From positions 51,646,001-51,710,000 of the forward strand of contig NC_043001.1 in NCBI RefSeq assembly GCF_006345805.1: DNA of 64,000 nucleotides. Direction: 5' to 3'. The stretch comes from Octopus sinensis. Lineage: Eukaryota. How positions within the stretch are numbered: the first letter of the stretch is position 1; each line of letters opens with the position of its first letter. Both the position numbers and the translations under genes were made by a program. Below, in pieces: positions 25,847 through 38,910 of this stretch. The notes below the pieces were generated by a model that searched no databases, was not told where the DNA came from, and saw nothing but the letters and a program-made list of their open reading frames with translations.

Positions 25847-25926
<80 letters not shown>
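25006..25926. repeat. long (TA)n array with recurrent TGCA interruptions (left block)
   Basis: Directly visible; same motif as 30297-32136. Confidence 0.95.
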
Positions 25927-25928
<2 letters not shown>

Positions 25929-28900
25929 CAAAAATCACAAAAAGAAAAACAAACAAAAGAAAAACAAACATGACTAACTTGCAGGCCTGCAACAGACGAA
26001 ATTGGTCTGATAACGAAATTGATGTTTTAATAAACACATGGCTCTCTCTTTCCCAAACAGGAAATCTAAATGTCTTGTGTTTGAAATGAGATTGCCGAAA
26101 AAAACATCACAAGTGGTCAACACACGATCCGTCAAACAGATCGTAGCAAGTTGAAACATATCGAAGTATCTTTCAACTGATAAGAGGCCATTATGAAAAG
26201 CTTCTACATATTTCACAGTTCAAGAACAACAACAGCTAGAAAATCAGCAGCCAAACAACCACAAACCAAACAGAATGAGCCAACTCCTGGTTCCCAGCAC
26301 AATGGCTGACCCTGACATCGGTCAGGCACCAACAACAAACAACAACAGCCACAGCAACAAGAACAACAACAGCCACTCCTCAACTCTAGCTTACTAGACG
26401 ATTCACTAAATGCCAGTATCTTTCACCGCTCTCACAGCAACCACCAACAATTATTCATCATCATTCATCACCACCGCTGCCACCATCGTCTTCTATCACC
26501 AAAAATACCAACAGAAAACCAAATAAGAAACCACTGCCCTCTTCCCCCACATCACCACTCAATACTACTGCAGTAACAAAAACTTAAAGAAAATAGGAAG
26601 CAGAATGCGCCCCCCACGGCTCAAACAAAGAATCCCCAAATATGCCGCTATTCACTGCGCCAGAGACTCTGCACAAATAGTGACTGCATCTTCACGCATC
26701 TACCCCGGCACTAGACGCACTACCGGCCAAGGCCAAAGCACGCATCCACAATAACATCAACACCACCAAAAGTAGTAAATCGAAATTCAAAACACACACA
26801 ACTCGGAGTCCCAAAATCTGCCGGTATTCCCAACGTGAGAGAACATGTCTACTGATGACTGTCCCTTCATCATCTTCAGGGACCCGACGCACAAATAGGA
26901 AACGGGGCCTCAAGCCAACACACAAACCGAATAACAATAAAAAATAGAAACACACCATGCTGCAGTAATGCTGGGTCCAGTCTTTTCAGGAAGACACAAA
27001 AACAACAACAACCAAAAGTGGAAACTACAAACCCTATCCAACAGTGCAAACCACACCTCCAGCCAAAAACTGCTCCCTAAGCAGGAAAATCTTTTTTAGC
27101 CATGTTGAACATGGCAAAAGAGATACACAAAACATTCTAGCCATCACTCAACACCATCCTATGCTATTACCCCAGTGCACCAATTCCCCACATTGCTGCC
27201 ACTAACACACAAACAAAAATCCAAGCCCCTGCAACAGTCAAAACCAGCCACTACACTAACCTCCACATTCCTACTCAATGCACAAGGTGTCAGCCCTTCC
27301 ATCAATGCACAAAAATGGAAGGTCCAATTCATTGAAGACTGGGTTGGTAACCATTCACACCACATCCCTTTCTTATTCTCACTGAGACCCACCTTGACAA
27401 CTCCACTTGGAAGCCGAAGTGAGAGTGAAGAATTTCACAACCATCCGCGCGGATCGTATCGGCAGAGGAGGGTGGTGTGAACTGCCATTTCCTGCATGAT
27501 TCATTTACGGCAGATGGAAATAGTATATTCTCCAACGGCTACTGTGAATCAGTCACCGTGCACAACAAAGCCAATGACCTGACAGTAATTGGGCTCTATA
27601 GGCCCGCCCCAAACACCCATACTGTGCTTTAAAGAATGCCTCAACAGCATTAAGTGCTTTAAACAGTGCCATTCTAGCAACATACTCATGATGGAGACTT
27701 CAATCTACCCTGTGTTGACTGGACTACAAACTGTTTGAACCAAGCACTCCCGCCTCAACCGCTGACAAAGAAGAAGCAGCAGAGTCACTTTTCGACTTTA
27801 CGAATGAGTTTTTCTTGTCCCACTTGTCCTTGCACCAACAAGGACATCAGAACATTTTGGACCTAGTGTTTAGTAACCACACTAACATATACATAACGTT
27901 ACAGTGGAAAAAAACCCTTCTTTCAGACCATGACATGGTTCTCTGTAACATGAAATCCACCAGCCGAAAGCTAATCCTAGTGACCTTCCTCCAGCCCACC
28001 CATTTGACAACATGGATCTCCATAAAGCCAACTGGGATGCAATCAGGAACGAGCTATCAAATGTTGACTGGTCCTTTACACATACACACATCTCCACCAA
28101 CCATAAAACATCTTGGCAGATCTTTGTAGACACCGTCACAGACATATGTGCAAAACACTCCCACCAGACCTGTGAACAAAAAGTGCAGAATCCCCAAACC
28201 AAACAAAAAACCATTATCAGAAAAATAAAAAGAACAAACAAAAAAATTAACAAACTAAAGTACTGCCAACAGCAACACCACACATTCGACGGCTATCGCA
28301 CTGCTTGAATCCAAAAAATATAACCTCCAACAATGCATGAAGACCCTCATCAATAACCAAAGATCAGCTGAGGAGAAGTGGGCCATTGAAAAAATCAACT
28401 CAACCCCAAAGTGTTCTTTTCATTTGCGAGGAAAAAGCAGGGTCACTGTCTCCACTGTAGGCCCTCTAATTGACGAAACTGGCACTCTCCAAGATAATGC
28501 CAAATCCATGGCCGAGATATGCAAGAAACAATACTGCTCTGTTTTCAGCAATCCTGATATGGCCGATCTGGGCTGTATCAGTGATGTCAACCCCCAACAC
28601 ACTATATCGGACATAACGTTTAGTGCCCCTGATGTCTTAGCGGCGATAAACGAAATAAAACACATTCAGCAGTAGGCCCCGATAGGTTCCCTGCTTGTGT
28701 CCTGAAGGTGTGTCGACACCAACTTGCATCTCCCCTTGCTAATCTGTGGAGAAAACTCACTGGATGCTGGCTATATTCCAAAAAACTTCTGCCCAGTCTG
28801 TTGTCCCAGTTTTAAAAAAGGGAAACAAGTCCCTTGCAGTGAATTACCGTCCGATCTCACTCACCTCTCATATCATCAGGTATTTGAGAGGGTGGTGAGA

Positions 28901-30300
28901 TCTCGAATAACCCAATTTCGGGAAAGCAACAGACGGCTGATCTCCAACCAACATGGGTTCCGTAATGGAAGGGACTGCCTAACGCAGCTCCTGCATCACT
29001 TTGAGGACATTTTGAGAGCTTTGGGAGAGGGCTCCAACACCGATGTCATCTACCTTGATTTCAGTAAGGGCTTCGACAGGGTCGATCACAAGATCCTATG
29101 AAAAAAACTATCCAACATTGGTGTCTCTGAAAGTTACTGAAATGGATTAAGTGTTTCCTGACAGACAGATCTCAACATGTTGTAGTTGAAAGGGGTAAAA
29201 TCAAGCCCAGCCAAAGTCAGTAGTGGCGTTCCGCAAGGCACTGTGCTGGGCCCACTTCTTTTCATCATTTACATTAATGACATTAATGACATCATCAAGC
29301 ACAGCAACATAAAAATCTTTGCAGATGACTCCAAGCTACAGAAGGTCATAAATGAGGCGACGAGTGACCGGACATGCCTTCAGTCAGATCTACTGGCTGT
29401 TATCCAATGGGCAGAGAAAAAAAAACATATGCTGCTGAACGAGGATAAATTTGAGCTAATCCACTTTGGAAAAGGGATGCCCTGAAACTCCCATACTCCC
29501 TTCCTTCAGGTGAAACTCTCGCGGCGTCCAACAACATCAGAGACTTGGGAGTAATTGTGGACAACAACGTAAGCTGGGCCACTCATATAAACACCAAAGT
29601 GACATGGCCCGCAGAATGTGTTCCTGGATTCTCAGAACTTTCCAGTCGAGAGATATCCACACCATTATCCTTCTCTTCTCCACTTTTGCCGACCCCACCT
29701 TGAATACTGTTGTCCACTGTGGTCTCCCCACACAATACAAGGTATCATAAAAGTTGAAGCACCTCAAAGGGCAATCACAAAAAAGATAGATGGCATGACA
29801 GGCTCGACTATTGGGGTCGACTAGAAAAGCTAAAAACTCTATTCTCTCCAACGTCGTCGTGAGCGCTACATCATCTGCATGATGTGGAAAATATTCCATC
29901 AGCATTGCCCAAATGATGTTGGCATCACCTTTAAGGTACATCCAAGGCTTGGGCCCCGTGCCATCCGCCCAAACAAAAATCGCCACTCTCATCTCATAAC
30001 AACAATACGGCACAATTATTTCACTCAATTGGCCCCGCTCTCTTTAACATTACACCAAAACACATTAAAACAGAAACTGACCCTATAGGGTTCAAGAAGT
30101 CTTTGGACAGATTCCTTCAAGAAATCCCGGATAAACCCCCTACACCGGATATGTCTCTGTAAACAATAACTCTCTACTCTAGTGGGCCATAGTGCCCAAA
30201 TTCTGACTTGAAAGACTTCACCAGGTGGTGCTATTAAGTTAGACATGGCCTGGGCCAATAATGGCCGAAAACCTATCAAAGTATCAAAGTATCAAAGTAT
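25927..30300 (+). mobile_element. near full-length CR1-type LINE (ORF1 + APE-RT ORF2), many frameshifts
   Basis: ORF1 from ATG 25970 with Myb/SANT-like start and CCCH-like end. APE motifs LLNAQG, ETHL, DRIGRGGGV, IGLYRP, GDFNLPCVDW, NILDLVFSN, LSDHDMV. RT motifs QHGFRNGRDC, DVIYLDFSKGFDRVDH, GVPQGTVLGP, FADD. 3' tail (ATCAAAGT)3. Confidence 0.92.
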
Positions 30301-30408
30301 ATATATATATATTATATATATATATATATATATGCATATATATATATATATATATATATATGCATATATATATATATATATATATATATGCATATATATA
30401 TATATATA

Positions 30409-30442
<34 letters not shown>

Positions 30443-30567
30443 TATATATATATATATATATATGCATAATATATATATATATATATATATGACATATATA
30501 TATATATATATATGCATATATATATATTATATATATATATATGCATATATATATATATATATATATA

Positions 30568-30613
<46 letters not shown>

Positions 30614-30667
30614 TAATATATATATATGCATATATATATATATATATATAATATGCATATATATATA

Positions 30668-30699
<32 letters not shown>

Positions 30700-30742
30700 T
30701 GCATATATATATATTGCATATAGATATATATATATATATATA

Positions 30743-30782
<40 letters not shown>

Positions 30783-30848
30783 TATATATATATATATATA
30801 TGCATATATAATATATATATGCATATATTTATAATATATATAGATATA

Positions 30849-30896
<48 letters not shown>

Positions 30897-30919
30897 TATA
30901 TATATATATATTATATATA

Positions 30920-30995
<76 letters not shown>

Positions 30996-31055
30996 TATAT
31001 ATATATATATTATATATATATATATATATATGATATATATATATTATATATATGC

Positions 31056-31088
<33 letters not shown>

Positions 31089-31218
31089 GCATATATATAT
31101 ATATATATATATATGCATATATATATATATATATATATATGCATATATATATATATATATGCATATATATATATATATATATGCATATATATATATATTA
31201 TGCATATATATATATATA

Positions 31219-31256
<38 letters not shown>

Positions 31257-31350
31257 TATATATATATATATATATGCATATATATATATATATATATATA
31301 ATATATGCATATATATATATATATATATATATATGCATATATATATATGC

Positions 31351-31389
<39 letters not shown>

Positions 31390-31480
31390 CATATATATAT
31401 ATGCATTTATATATATATATATATATATGCATATATATATATGTATATATATATATATATGCATATATAATATATATATA

Positions 31481-31516
<36 letters not shown>

Positions 31517-31608
31517 TATATATAATATATATATATGCATATATATATATAATATATATATATATGCATATATATATATATATATATATATTATATAATA
31601 TATATATA

Positions 31609-31654
<46 letters not shown>

Positions 31655-31715
31655 TATATTATATATATATATATATATATGCATATATATATATATATGC
31701 ATATATATATATATA

Positions 31716-31751
<36 letters not shown>

Positions 31752-31860
31752 GCATATATATATATTGCATATATATATATGCATATATATATTATATATA
31801 TATATATGCATATATATATATAATATATATATATATATATGACATATATATATATATATA

Positions 31861-31903
<43 letters not shown>

Positions 31904-32068
31904 GGCATATTATATATATATATATAGATATATATATATATATATATATGCATATATATATATATATATATTATATATGATATATATATATTATGCATAT
32001 ATATATATATATATATCTTATATATATATATATATATATATGCATATATATATATTATATATTATATA

Positions 32069-32112
<44 letters not shown>

Positions 32113-32136
32113 GCATATATATATATATATATATAT
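30297..32136. repeat. long (TA)n array with recurrent TGCA interruptions (right block)
   Basis: Directly visible, ~1.8 kb. Confidence 0.95.
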
Positions 32137-32148
32137 GGAGAGAGAGAG

Positions 32149-32551
32149 CAGTGTATACTGTCAACTTATAATGTGACAGTCCCATGAAGGGAATCACCCC
32201 ACCGCAATTTAGCCCTAGGAAGCATCAACGCTTCCTGCCGGCCTTGACACATTTCCTGTGTCCTTACGTTTACAAAGGGGAGACAAGCATCTCCATCCAG
32301 CTAAGCCTGCATCCAGAGACTAGTTTCTGAGTCTGGCTCGTCATCAGTCTGGAGTAGCATGGCTTACTAGCTGGCTGCAGATACTTGTCTAGACCTTGTA
32401 AATAAATCCACTGATCACCAAAAATAGAAATATTACATTTCTAAATATCTCAAAGAGATATAAGCAGTGGTGGTACGATAGAACAGTTGTATACTGTCAA
32501 CTTAATGTGACAGTACCATGAAGGGAAACACACCACCGCTATTTAGCCCTA
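32149..32551 (-). mobile_element. retrozyme-like / solo PLE-terminal-repeat element: ~335-nt unit plus ~65-nt terminal redundancy, with a hammerhead
   Basis: Direct repeat tgtatactgtcaactt..aatgtgacagt.ccatgaagggaa..accgc.atttagcccta at 32152-32217 and 32488-32551. Internal inverted-repeat rod 32269-32402. No ORF. Confidence 0.7.
32312..32353 (-). ncRNA. minimal type I hammerhead ribozyme
   Basis: Minus strand: uccaga-CUGAUGA-c-gag-ccaga-cuc-a-GAAA-CUAG-UC^ucugga. Perfect 6-bp stem I; palindromic stem III ACUAGU; C.A mismatch at the base of stem II. Confidence 0.8.
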
Positions 32552-32628
32552 TGCCTATTTCTTTATTCTAACTCATTTTGCGCTTTATACAGTATTTATA
32601 AATCGTTTTTTACTATTTTTGTTTAGAG

Positions 32629-33645
32629 ATGAATAAGTCGGAAATTCGTACAGTTTTGAAATATCAGTTCTTTCTTGGAAATACAGCATCACAGTCAGCT
32701 CAGAATATTAATGGACTATTTCATTCTAATGTTATTACACAGGAGACAGTATCAAATTGGTTTGCAAAATTTCGTTCTGGTAACTTTGACCTCACAAATG
32801 AGTAACCCGGTCGACCAGAAACAAAGGTAGATAAGGACGAACTGAAAGTCACCGTCGAGTCAGACCCATCTCAAAGTGCCTGTGAATTATCGTTGTTGTT
32901 TGGTGTTAGCAAGCAAACAATATCGACTCACCTAGTTCAAATCGGTAAAGTGTACAAGTGGGTTCCACACGAACTCTATGAAAATAAGAAACAGCAACAT
33001 TTGGAAGCCTGCATTATGCTTTCTCGTAACAAAAATGAATCATTTTTGAATCGAATTGTAACATGTGATAAGAAATGGATCCAGTCCCAACAACCGTAAA
33101 CGTTCAACTCAATGGTTGGACATAGACGAGCCACCAAAACACAGTCCAGAAAGCAAAATTCATCAAAAGAAGCTGATGGTGTGTGTTTGGTGGTCTGGCG
33201 CAGGTGTGACCCATTATGATTTCATTAAACCTGGCTCATCAATCATGGCCGAAGTATACTGCAGCCAACTAGACCAGATGATGCAGAAACTTACAAAAAA
33301 AAACAAAAAAAAAACAGCCTAGGTTAGTCAACAGATGACACTCTTATTTTATTGCAAGACAACACCAGACCACGCATCGCAAAAGTGACATTAGCGAAAC
33401 TACAGCTGAAGTTGGAAGTTCTCCATCATCCACCATACTCACCTGATCTTGCCCTCACTGACTACCACTTCTAGAATTTGAATAACTTTTTGATGTGAAA
33501 AATTTTAATTCCGACGATGCTATACAACAGGACTTCTAAGATTTTATTGACTTTAGATTGCCAGTCTTTAAAGTTCCGGGCAGGACAAGCTACCGCTGAA
33601 ATGACAAAAGTGTTTTGACAATATGGGTGCATCCTTTGATGAATA
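32629..33645 (+). mobile_element. near full-length mariner transposase pseudogene
   Basis: MNKSEIRTVLKYQF..WFAKFRSGNFDL..GRP..KWVPHEL..FLNRIVTCDKKW..KKLMVCVWW..LLQDNTRP..HHPPYSPDLALTDYH, with stops and frameshifts. Confidence 0.92.
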
Positions 33646-33723
33646 AAACTATTCCTTGTATTTATAAAACATTAGCAAACTTTTTCCTTTCAGGTTCTAT
33701 ATTTAAGAGAAGAGAAATTATGT

Positions 33724-34511
33724 ACATTATTTTACATTATTTACATTTAACGGATACTTGTCCTCACCTTGTTTGTAAGGATTCAGGACATCCGTATACT
33801 GCGAGTCGACTGGACGATACCTCAACTTCAATTACCACCATCCATACAGTGTAAAGAGAGGGATTGCTCAGCGCCTAAAACATCGAGCAAAGGATATAAG
33901 TAGCGATCGTGATACACACATGAAATGATCAAGCTCAATAACAATCTATTAAGCAACAACTACCCCAAAAAACATACTATCCACTCCGATTATGAAGAAA
34001 AGAGAGGATGAAACCAATAAACTGCCCACAGTCTGTCTACCCTATGTGAAAGGCCTCTCCGAAAAGAGACAAAAAATATGCGGTCCATATGACATCAGGA
34101 CAGTATTCAAGAGTAATACAACACTTCGCAAATATCTCCTTCGAGTAAATCCACTCATAGAAGAGAAGATGACCAAAGATTGCATATACTCCATCCCATG
34201 CAGTTGTGGTAGGTTATACAAAAGCGAAACATGCTGCCCCCTCAAAATAAGGGTAGACAAACATCGCAAAGCTGTGACACGTGGAGATATTGATAAATCG
34301 GGTATAGCTGATCGTGTATGGAAAAATGGAGACCACCTCCCCCTGTGGGACGAAGTTAAAATAATTGACAGAGAACATCAATGGAAAATACGAAAACTAA
34401 AAGAATAGCACATATGCTAGGACACAACAACTTCCTAGGCAGACCGAGTGCAAATATGAGTAGTATATGGGAATCGGTATTAAGGATTGGCAGTTCGATT
34501 CCAGGCAGTGA

Positions 34512-34546
<35 letters not shown>

Positions 34547-34590
34547 TAAAAATAATAATAATGATAATAATAATGATAATAATAATAATG

Positions 34591-34635
<45 letters not shown>

Positions 34636-34772
34636 CCGAAAAATACCTTAGGAATGAGAACCCAGGTTCGAAATTTCCCCAAGACACTTGATGAAGGCCG
34701 GGGTATATATCAGCCGAAACGTTGTGTTAACAACAAAGATGAGGACAAATATCCGTCAAATGTAGATAATGT
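33724..34772 (+). mobile_element. 5'-truncated Penelope-like element (RT thumb + GIY-YIG + terminal repeat) with an inverted partial terminal repeat at its 5' end
   Basis: YLNFNYHHPYSVKRGI; CLPYVKGLSEK; DCIYSIPCSCGRLYKSET..KHRKAV..KSGIAD; (AAT)n at 34516-34633; 33724-33776 is the reverse complement of the tail at 34729-34772. Confidence 0.9.
34684..34727 (+). ncRNA. degenerate minimal hammerhead in the PLE terminal repeat (C3U)
   Basis: acac-UUGAUGA-a-ggccg..cagcc-GAAA-CG-UU^gugu. A sister copy at 62791-62835(-) keeps CUGAUGA. Confidence 0.6.
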
Positions 34773-35634
34773 TTTTATTTTTCCTTTCTACAAATTTCAT
34801 ACTTGACTGCCTAATATATCTACACATATATTGTTTTTATAGATATATCTTTGTGTGTGTGCATACATATATATGCTCACACACGCATCCCATATACGTG
34901 CGCGCGCACACACACACATGCACATACATATATGGAGAGAGATAGAAAAGTAAAGAGATTGACATAAATCATGTATATAAATGAGAATAAAGACAGTTAT
35001 GAGAAACGATCGATTATAACCAGATACGTTATAATGATGATTATCAGCAGGAGATGTTAATAAACTTTTGTATATCTTACCTTGCGGCTGGCCCGATTAA
35101 AACGAAATTGAATGAAATTTTCCATTCTTGGATACTTACCTAAATTCAACAGTCCTTACGCGTGTGATTTTAGTCGAAAAGTGCAAACAAACCTGACATT
35201 CCAGAAATTGCTGCATTTGGTATTTGAGTAATCTACAGTTACATTCACTCATACGAGTAGAAGTCTTCCGACCGCAATAACGTAGAGAAATGAGAAATGT
35301 ACGGTCAATTGCAGTTAACATAGTTTTTCTTTCCTTACTTTTTTTTCTTCTTTTTTATGTTGTGTTTACCCAAATCACGTAGTAAATCGGTCTTGATATT
35401 TTTCACGTCGGAAAATTTCTTGCAGCTCCTTAAAGGAGGATCGAATTAAAAATATTGTTTTTAAATATAATACATTGGTAGTAATGTATAGTATATTTAA
35501 ACCAGACACTATTTAGCTTTTAGTCCCATTCAATCAAACTGGAGACTTTCGAAGTTTTCCAGCAGCTTATCTTCACACGTTTTAACACACCGGCACCTAC
35601 ATATTGTACATATATATATTTATTATATACATAT

Positions 35635-35666
<32 letters not shown>

Positions 35667-36135
35667 TGTATGTATATATATATATACATACATACATACA
35701 TATATATAAAAACAAAAAAAATGGAACGAACGTAACAGGTAACAATACATATATATTTATATATATGTAGGGTCCCAGCTGATACGATCGACGGTACAAC
35801 TTGCTCGTGGAATTAACGTGCAAGTGGCTGACCCCTCACAGACACGTGTACCCTTAACGTAGTTCTCAAGGATGTTCAGCGTGTGACAAAGCTGGCACTT
35901 TGAAATACAGGTACTACTCTTTGTTGCCAGCTGAGTGGACTGGATCAATGTGAAGTAAAGTGTCTTGCTCAAGAACACAATTTATATATATGCATGCTAA
36001 TACATCACCCACGTTGGACTCCTCATTCGTATCATTATCGAACCTGAAGCTTAACCATGGTCTAGCCATAGCACTTACTTAGCGTTACCCGATACCTTTT
36101 GTGTCTTCTTGACACTAATACCTCTCATACCCTCG

Positions 36136-36174
<39 letters not shown>

Positions 36175-36175
<1 letters not shown>

Positions 36176-36940
36176 GGATGGAGCGCATAAAAATTCAAGC
36201 TGTAGTTGGAAAAAAAAGTTAGCTGACGTACCGGAAATCATCTGAATATTGGGAAAGAGTTACTTGTATCATAACGATTTCACGCCGGTTATCAGAATGC
36301 CGACATCATGACTGTTGCTCAATGCTCTGTGAACACTGTAAAGGCTGTAAGACGTGACATGGACTGCGGAAATGGAGACTACGAAGACGTGGTCAGTAGG
36401 AAGGGACACAGCAGGCGTTCTGACTGCGTCCGCACGCCGTACTTCATCCTCATATCTTTGAACAGGGTTTTAGTCTCATGCCAGACGGCTATGTGAAGCT
36501 GGTGGAGACTGTGGTTAACACTATCTGGAGAGGTTTGCTGCTAGGCCATATGCATGGTAGAAGAATTCGGCTCCTTGTCAAACTTCTACAAAGAGTCAGA
36601 AGTGGTTGTCGGAGAATTTCTACGACTTCACCCCCCCCCCAATTTCTGACCTCTTAATTCATCCAATTGTAATTTCATTAGTATGTAAGGATTGTGATTG
36701 AAGAAGACACTAAACGCTCTGCCTGCAACACTAAGGCGGAGCTGGTGGCCAAGACCAAGATGTTGGAAGATCTCCTCATGGACACAGTGTGGAATGCATG
36801 CGGACTACTTTCTGTAAACTTATCTCCCAGCCATAATCTAATTGACATTTTCTTTATTTTTCAAAATATTCATATTTTTGGATGGGATATCATTTTCTTT
36901 TCCTTTTATGGAAATAGTCAAATTTAGCCCAAACACTGTA
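36175..36940 (+). mobile_element. internally deleted maT/DD37D-like Tc1/mariner element
   Basis: ADIMTVAQCSVNTVKAVRRDM..RKGHSRRSDCVRTP, then IEEDTKRSACNTKAELVAK. Ends CACTG-TA. Subfamily assignment is inference. Confidence 0.6.
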
Positions 36941-37904
36941 TACATACATACATTATTAATTGACTGAAATTACCACAGCTTCGAAGTGGGAATACAAATA
37001 TTGTTTGGTAGTATTAAGAACAAACTCCAAACGAGAAAAGTAAATATCAAAAGTCAATAATCTTCCAGAATTGATCTGCCATTCAAAAAAGATAGTCTGA
37101 TTGAAAGCAGGGGGACGGTAGTGTAAATGTATTTCTACCTTAATAAGCGTTATCAGCATAGCAGTTGTCATATCTCCAGCAGAACAAGATTCTTAGACAT
37201 TTATTAAACCGAGCACAGCATATTTACAGTCAATGACATTTTCATAAAGAAATTACAAATAAGCTAAGAGAAATAATCCAAGGTGGTAGATGGCATGCAT
37301 TTGAACAAAACGAATAGAGGTATATTAAATCCCATACGGGGATTCTTGGTTTATTGAAATTTTCTTCGCTTCCAAGCAGAGGCTTCTCACGCGGTATCAA
37401 ATAGAAGATATTACGATGAGAATCAAATCTTCAAAACTGACATGCTACTATGTATGCAGGTATGAGATGTATGTGTGTGTGAGAATATGTATGCGTACAT
37501 TGGAGTATGCTTATAGTACATACATACGTATTCATATCTATACTATGCAATATTATAGATAGATTCGGATTCGCACACGAATTAAGTAATTAGGTGATAA
37601 CATAAGACTACGCTCTTCAGAGAGGAAGATTCCCTGTGACGAGCGCCGTTTAATTACGTAGTCCGTGTGAGAACGTGGTTGGTAAAATTGGTTGAAATGG
37701 ATCTGTAATACTGTATAATATAAATATCAATATACCCATTCTGTTAACAAACAAACAGGCGCTAACTTTTTTTCTTGCCTAGGAATACTTGGGCAACTAT
37801 AAATAGATAGACAGACACATAGAGGGTAAGTCTTTTTTTTTGTTTTTGAAGACATTCTTTCAAGAGCTCTTCCAACTCATTTATTTTACCTTTTCAGATA
37901 AATA

Positions 37905-38910
37905 ATGTCAGACATTGGGTTGACTCAGCAAATGATAAGGCACGCTGAAATCGTAGCCTTATAAATGCAACTTAGTGACACGTAGATAACTCATTTCCTG
38001 AAAGTTGCCTGATAATTTGTATCAAAATTCGAAAGGAATTGGGGGCTGTTGATGAGGATCTAACATCAACAGCTAAACACAAAACGCATGCACAGGGTCC
38101 TAATACCATCAGAACAACTGACTTTGTACAAAAAAAAACATGAAATAATCGATAAAAACACCAGAAAGTCAATCAGTGCCACTTCAAATGACCTCAAGTT
38201 TCCAGAATCCACCACCAAGAGCGTTTTGCATGACGACATCCGGTGTAAGTTGTATGTAATGCAGAGATGTCAGCTTATGTCGGATGTGACGAGAGGGAAT
38301 CGTTTGAGCCGTACAAAGCGTTTGCTAACACCAAGAGCCTGGAATGCTTTGGTTTTTCCCCGGTGTGAAAAACTTAGATCAAGAACGAAAGGTAAGCCGA
38401 ATATAGACAGATAGTTATGCGGAGACCTGATTGAAATTCCGATGATTATGCATAGTAAGTTCCCAGCAATTCTGATGGTCCTGGGAGTTGTCAGTCACGA
38501 GGGAGATGCCATGCCTCCTCACTTTTTTCACAGGGCTTAAGATTCAATTCCACTGTCTACACAGAGGTGTTGGAGAAAGATGTGAAGCTCTGGATAGACG
38601 GAGTATGCAACAGAAGACCGTACGTCTTACAATACAGGACTGCGCCGTCTCATAAGGCTAGAATAACCTAAGTGAAGCTGCGTGCTAATCTCCTGATACA
38701 TAACTTCCTAGCACACAAGACCTCAATCCAGTAGACTACTACCAAGTCTAGTATTCGAGAAAGAGGTCAAACAACAATCCTATAACACGATACAATACTC
38801 AAGTCCGCCATAATCAAATTGATAAAATACATCTGATTCGAATATGTCAACGCTTTCAAATCTATTTTGAAGCAACCATTGATGATGCTAACGGTGAATT
38901 CAATGAATAG
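37905..38910 (+). mobile_element. near full-length maT/DD37D-like transposase pseudogene
   Basis: MSDIGLTQQMIRHAEIVAL..IIDKNTRKSI..LHDDIRCKLYVMQRCQL..HSKFPAILMVLGVVSHEGDAMPPHFF..RRPYVLQ..NGEFNE*. Confidence 0.7.

Noticed and set aside
25044-32187. Long [12 protein letters not shown] ORFs (up to 346 aa), and the MYVC, HTHT and RERE ORFs elsewhere
   Set aside because: Translations of stop-free microsatellites.
32629-33645. Active transposase here or at 37905-38910
   Set aside because: Multiple stops and frameshifts; I found no intact autonomous element in the window.
34356-34806. Poly-Ile/Leu/Asn ORFs resembling transmembrane proteins
   Set aside because: Translations of the (AAT)n tract in the PLE 3' region.
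37560-37625. Minus-strand CTGAAGA as a hammerhead core
   Set aside because: Followed by GAAT rather than GAAA, with no stem I or III.
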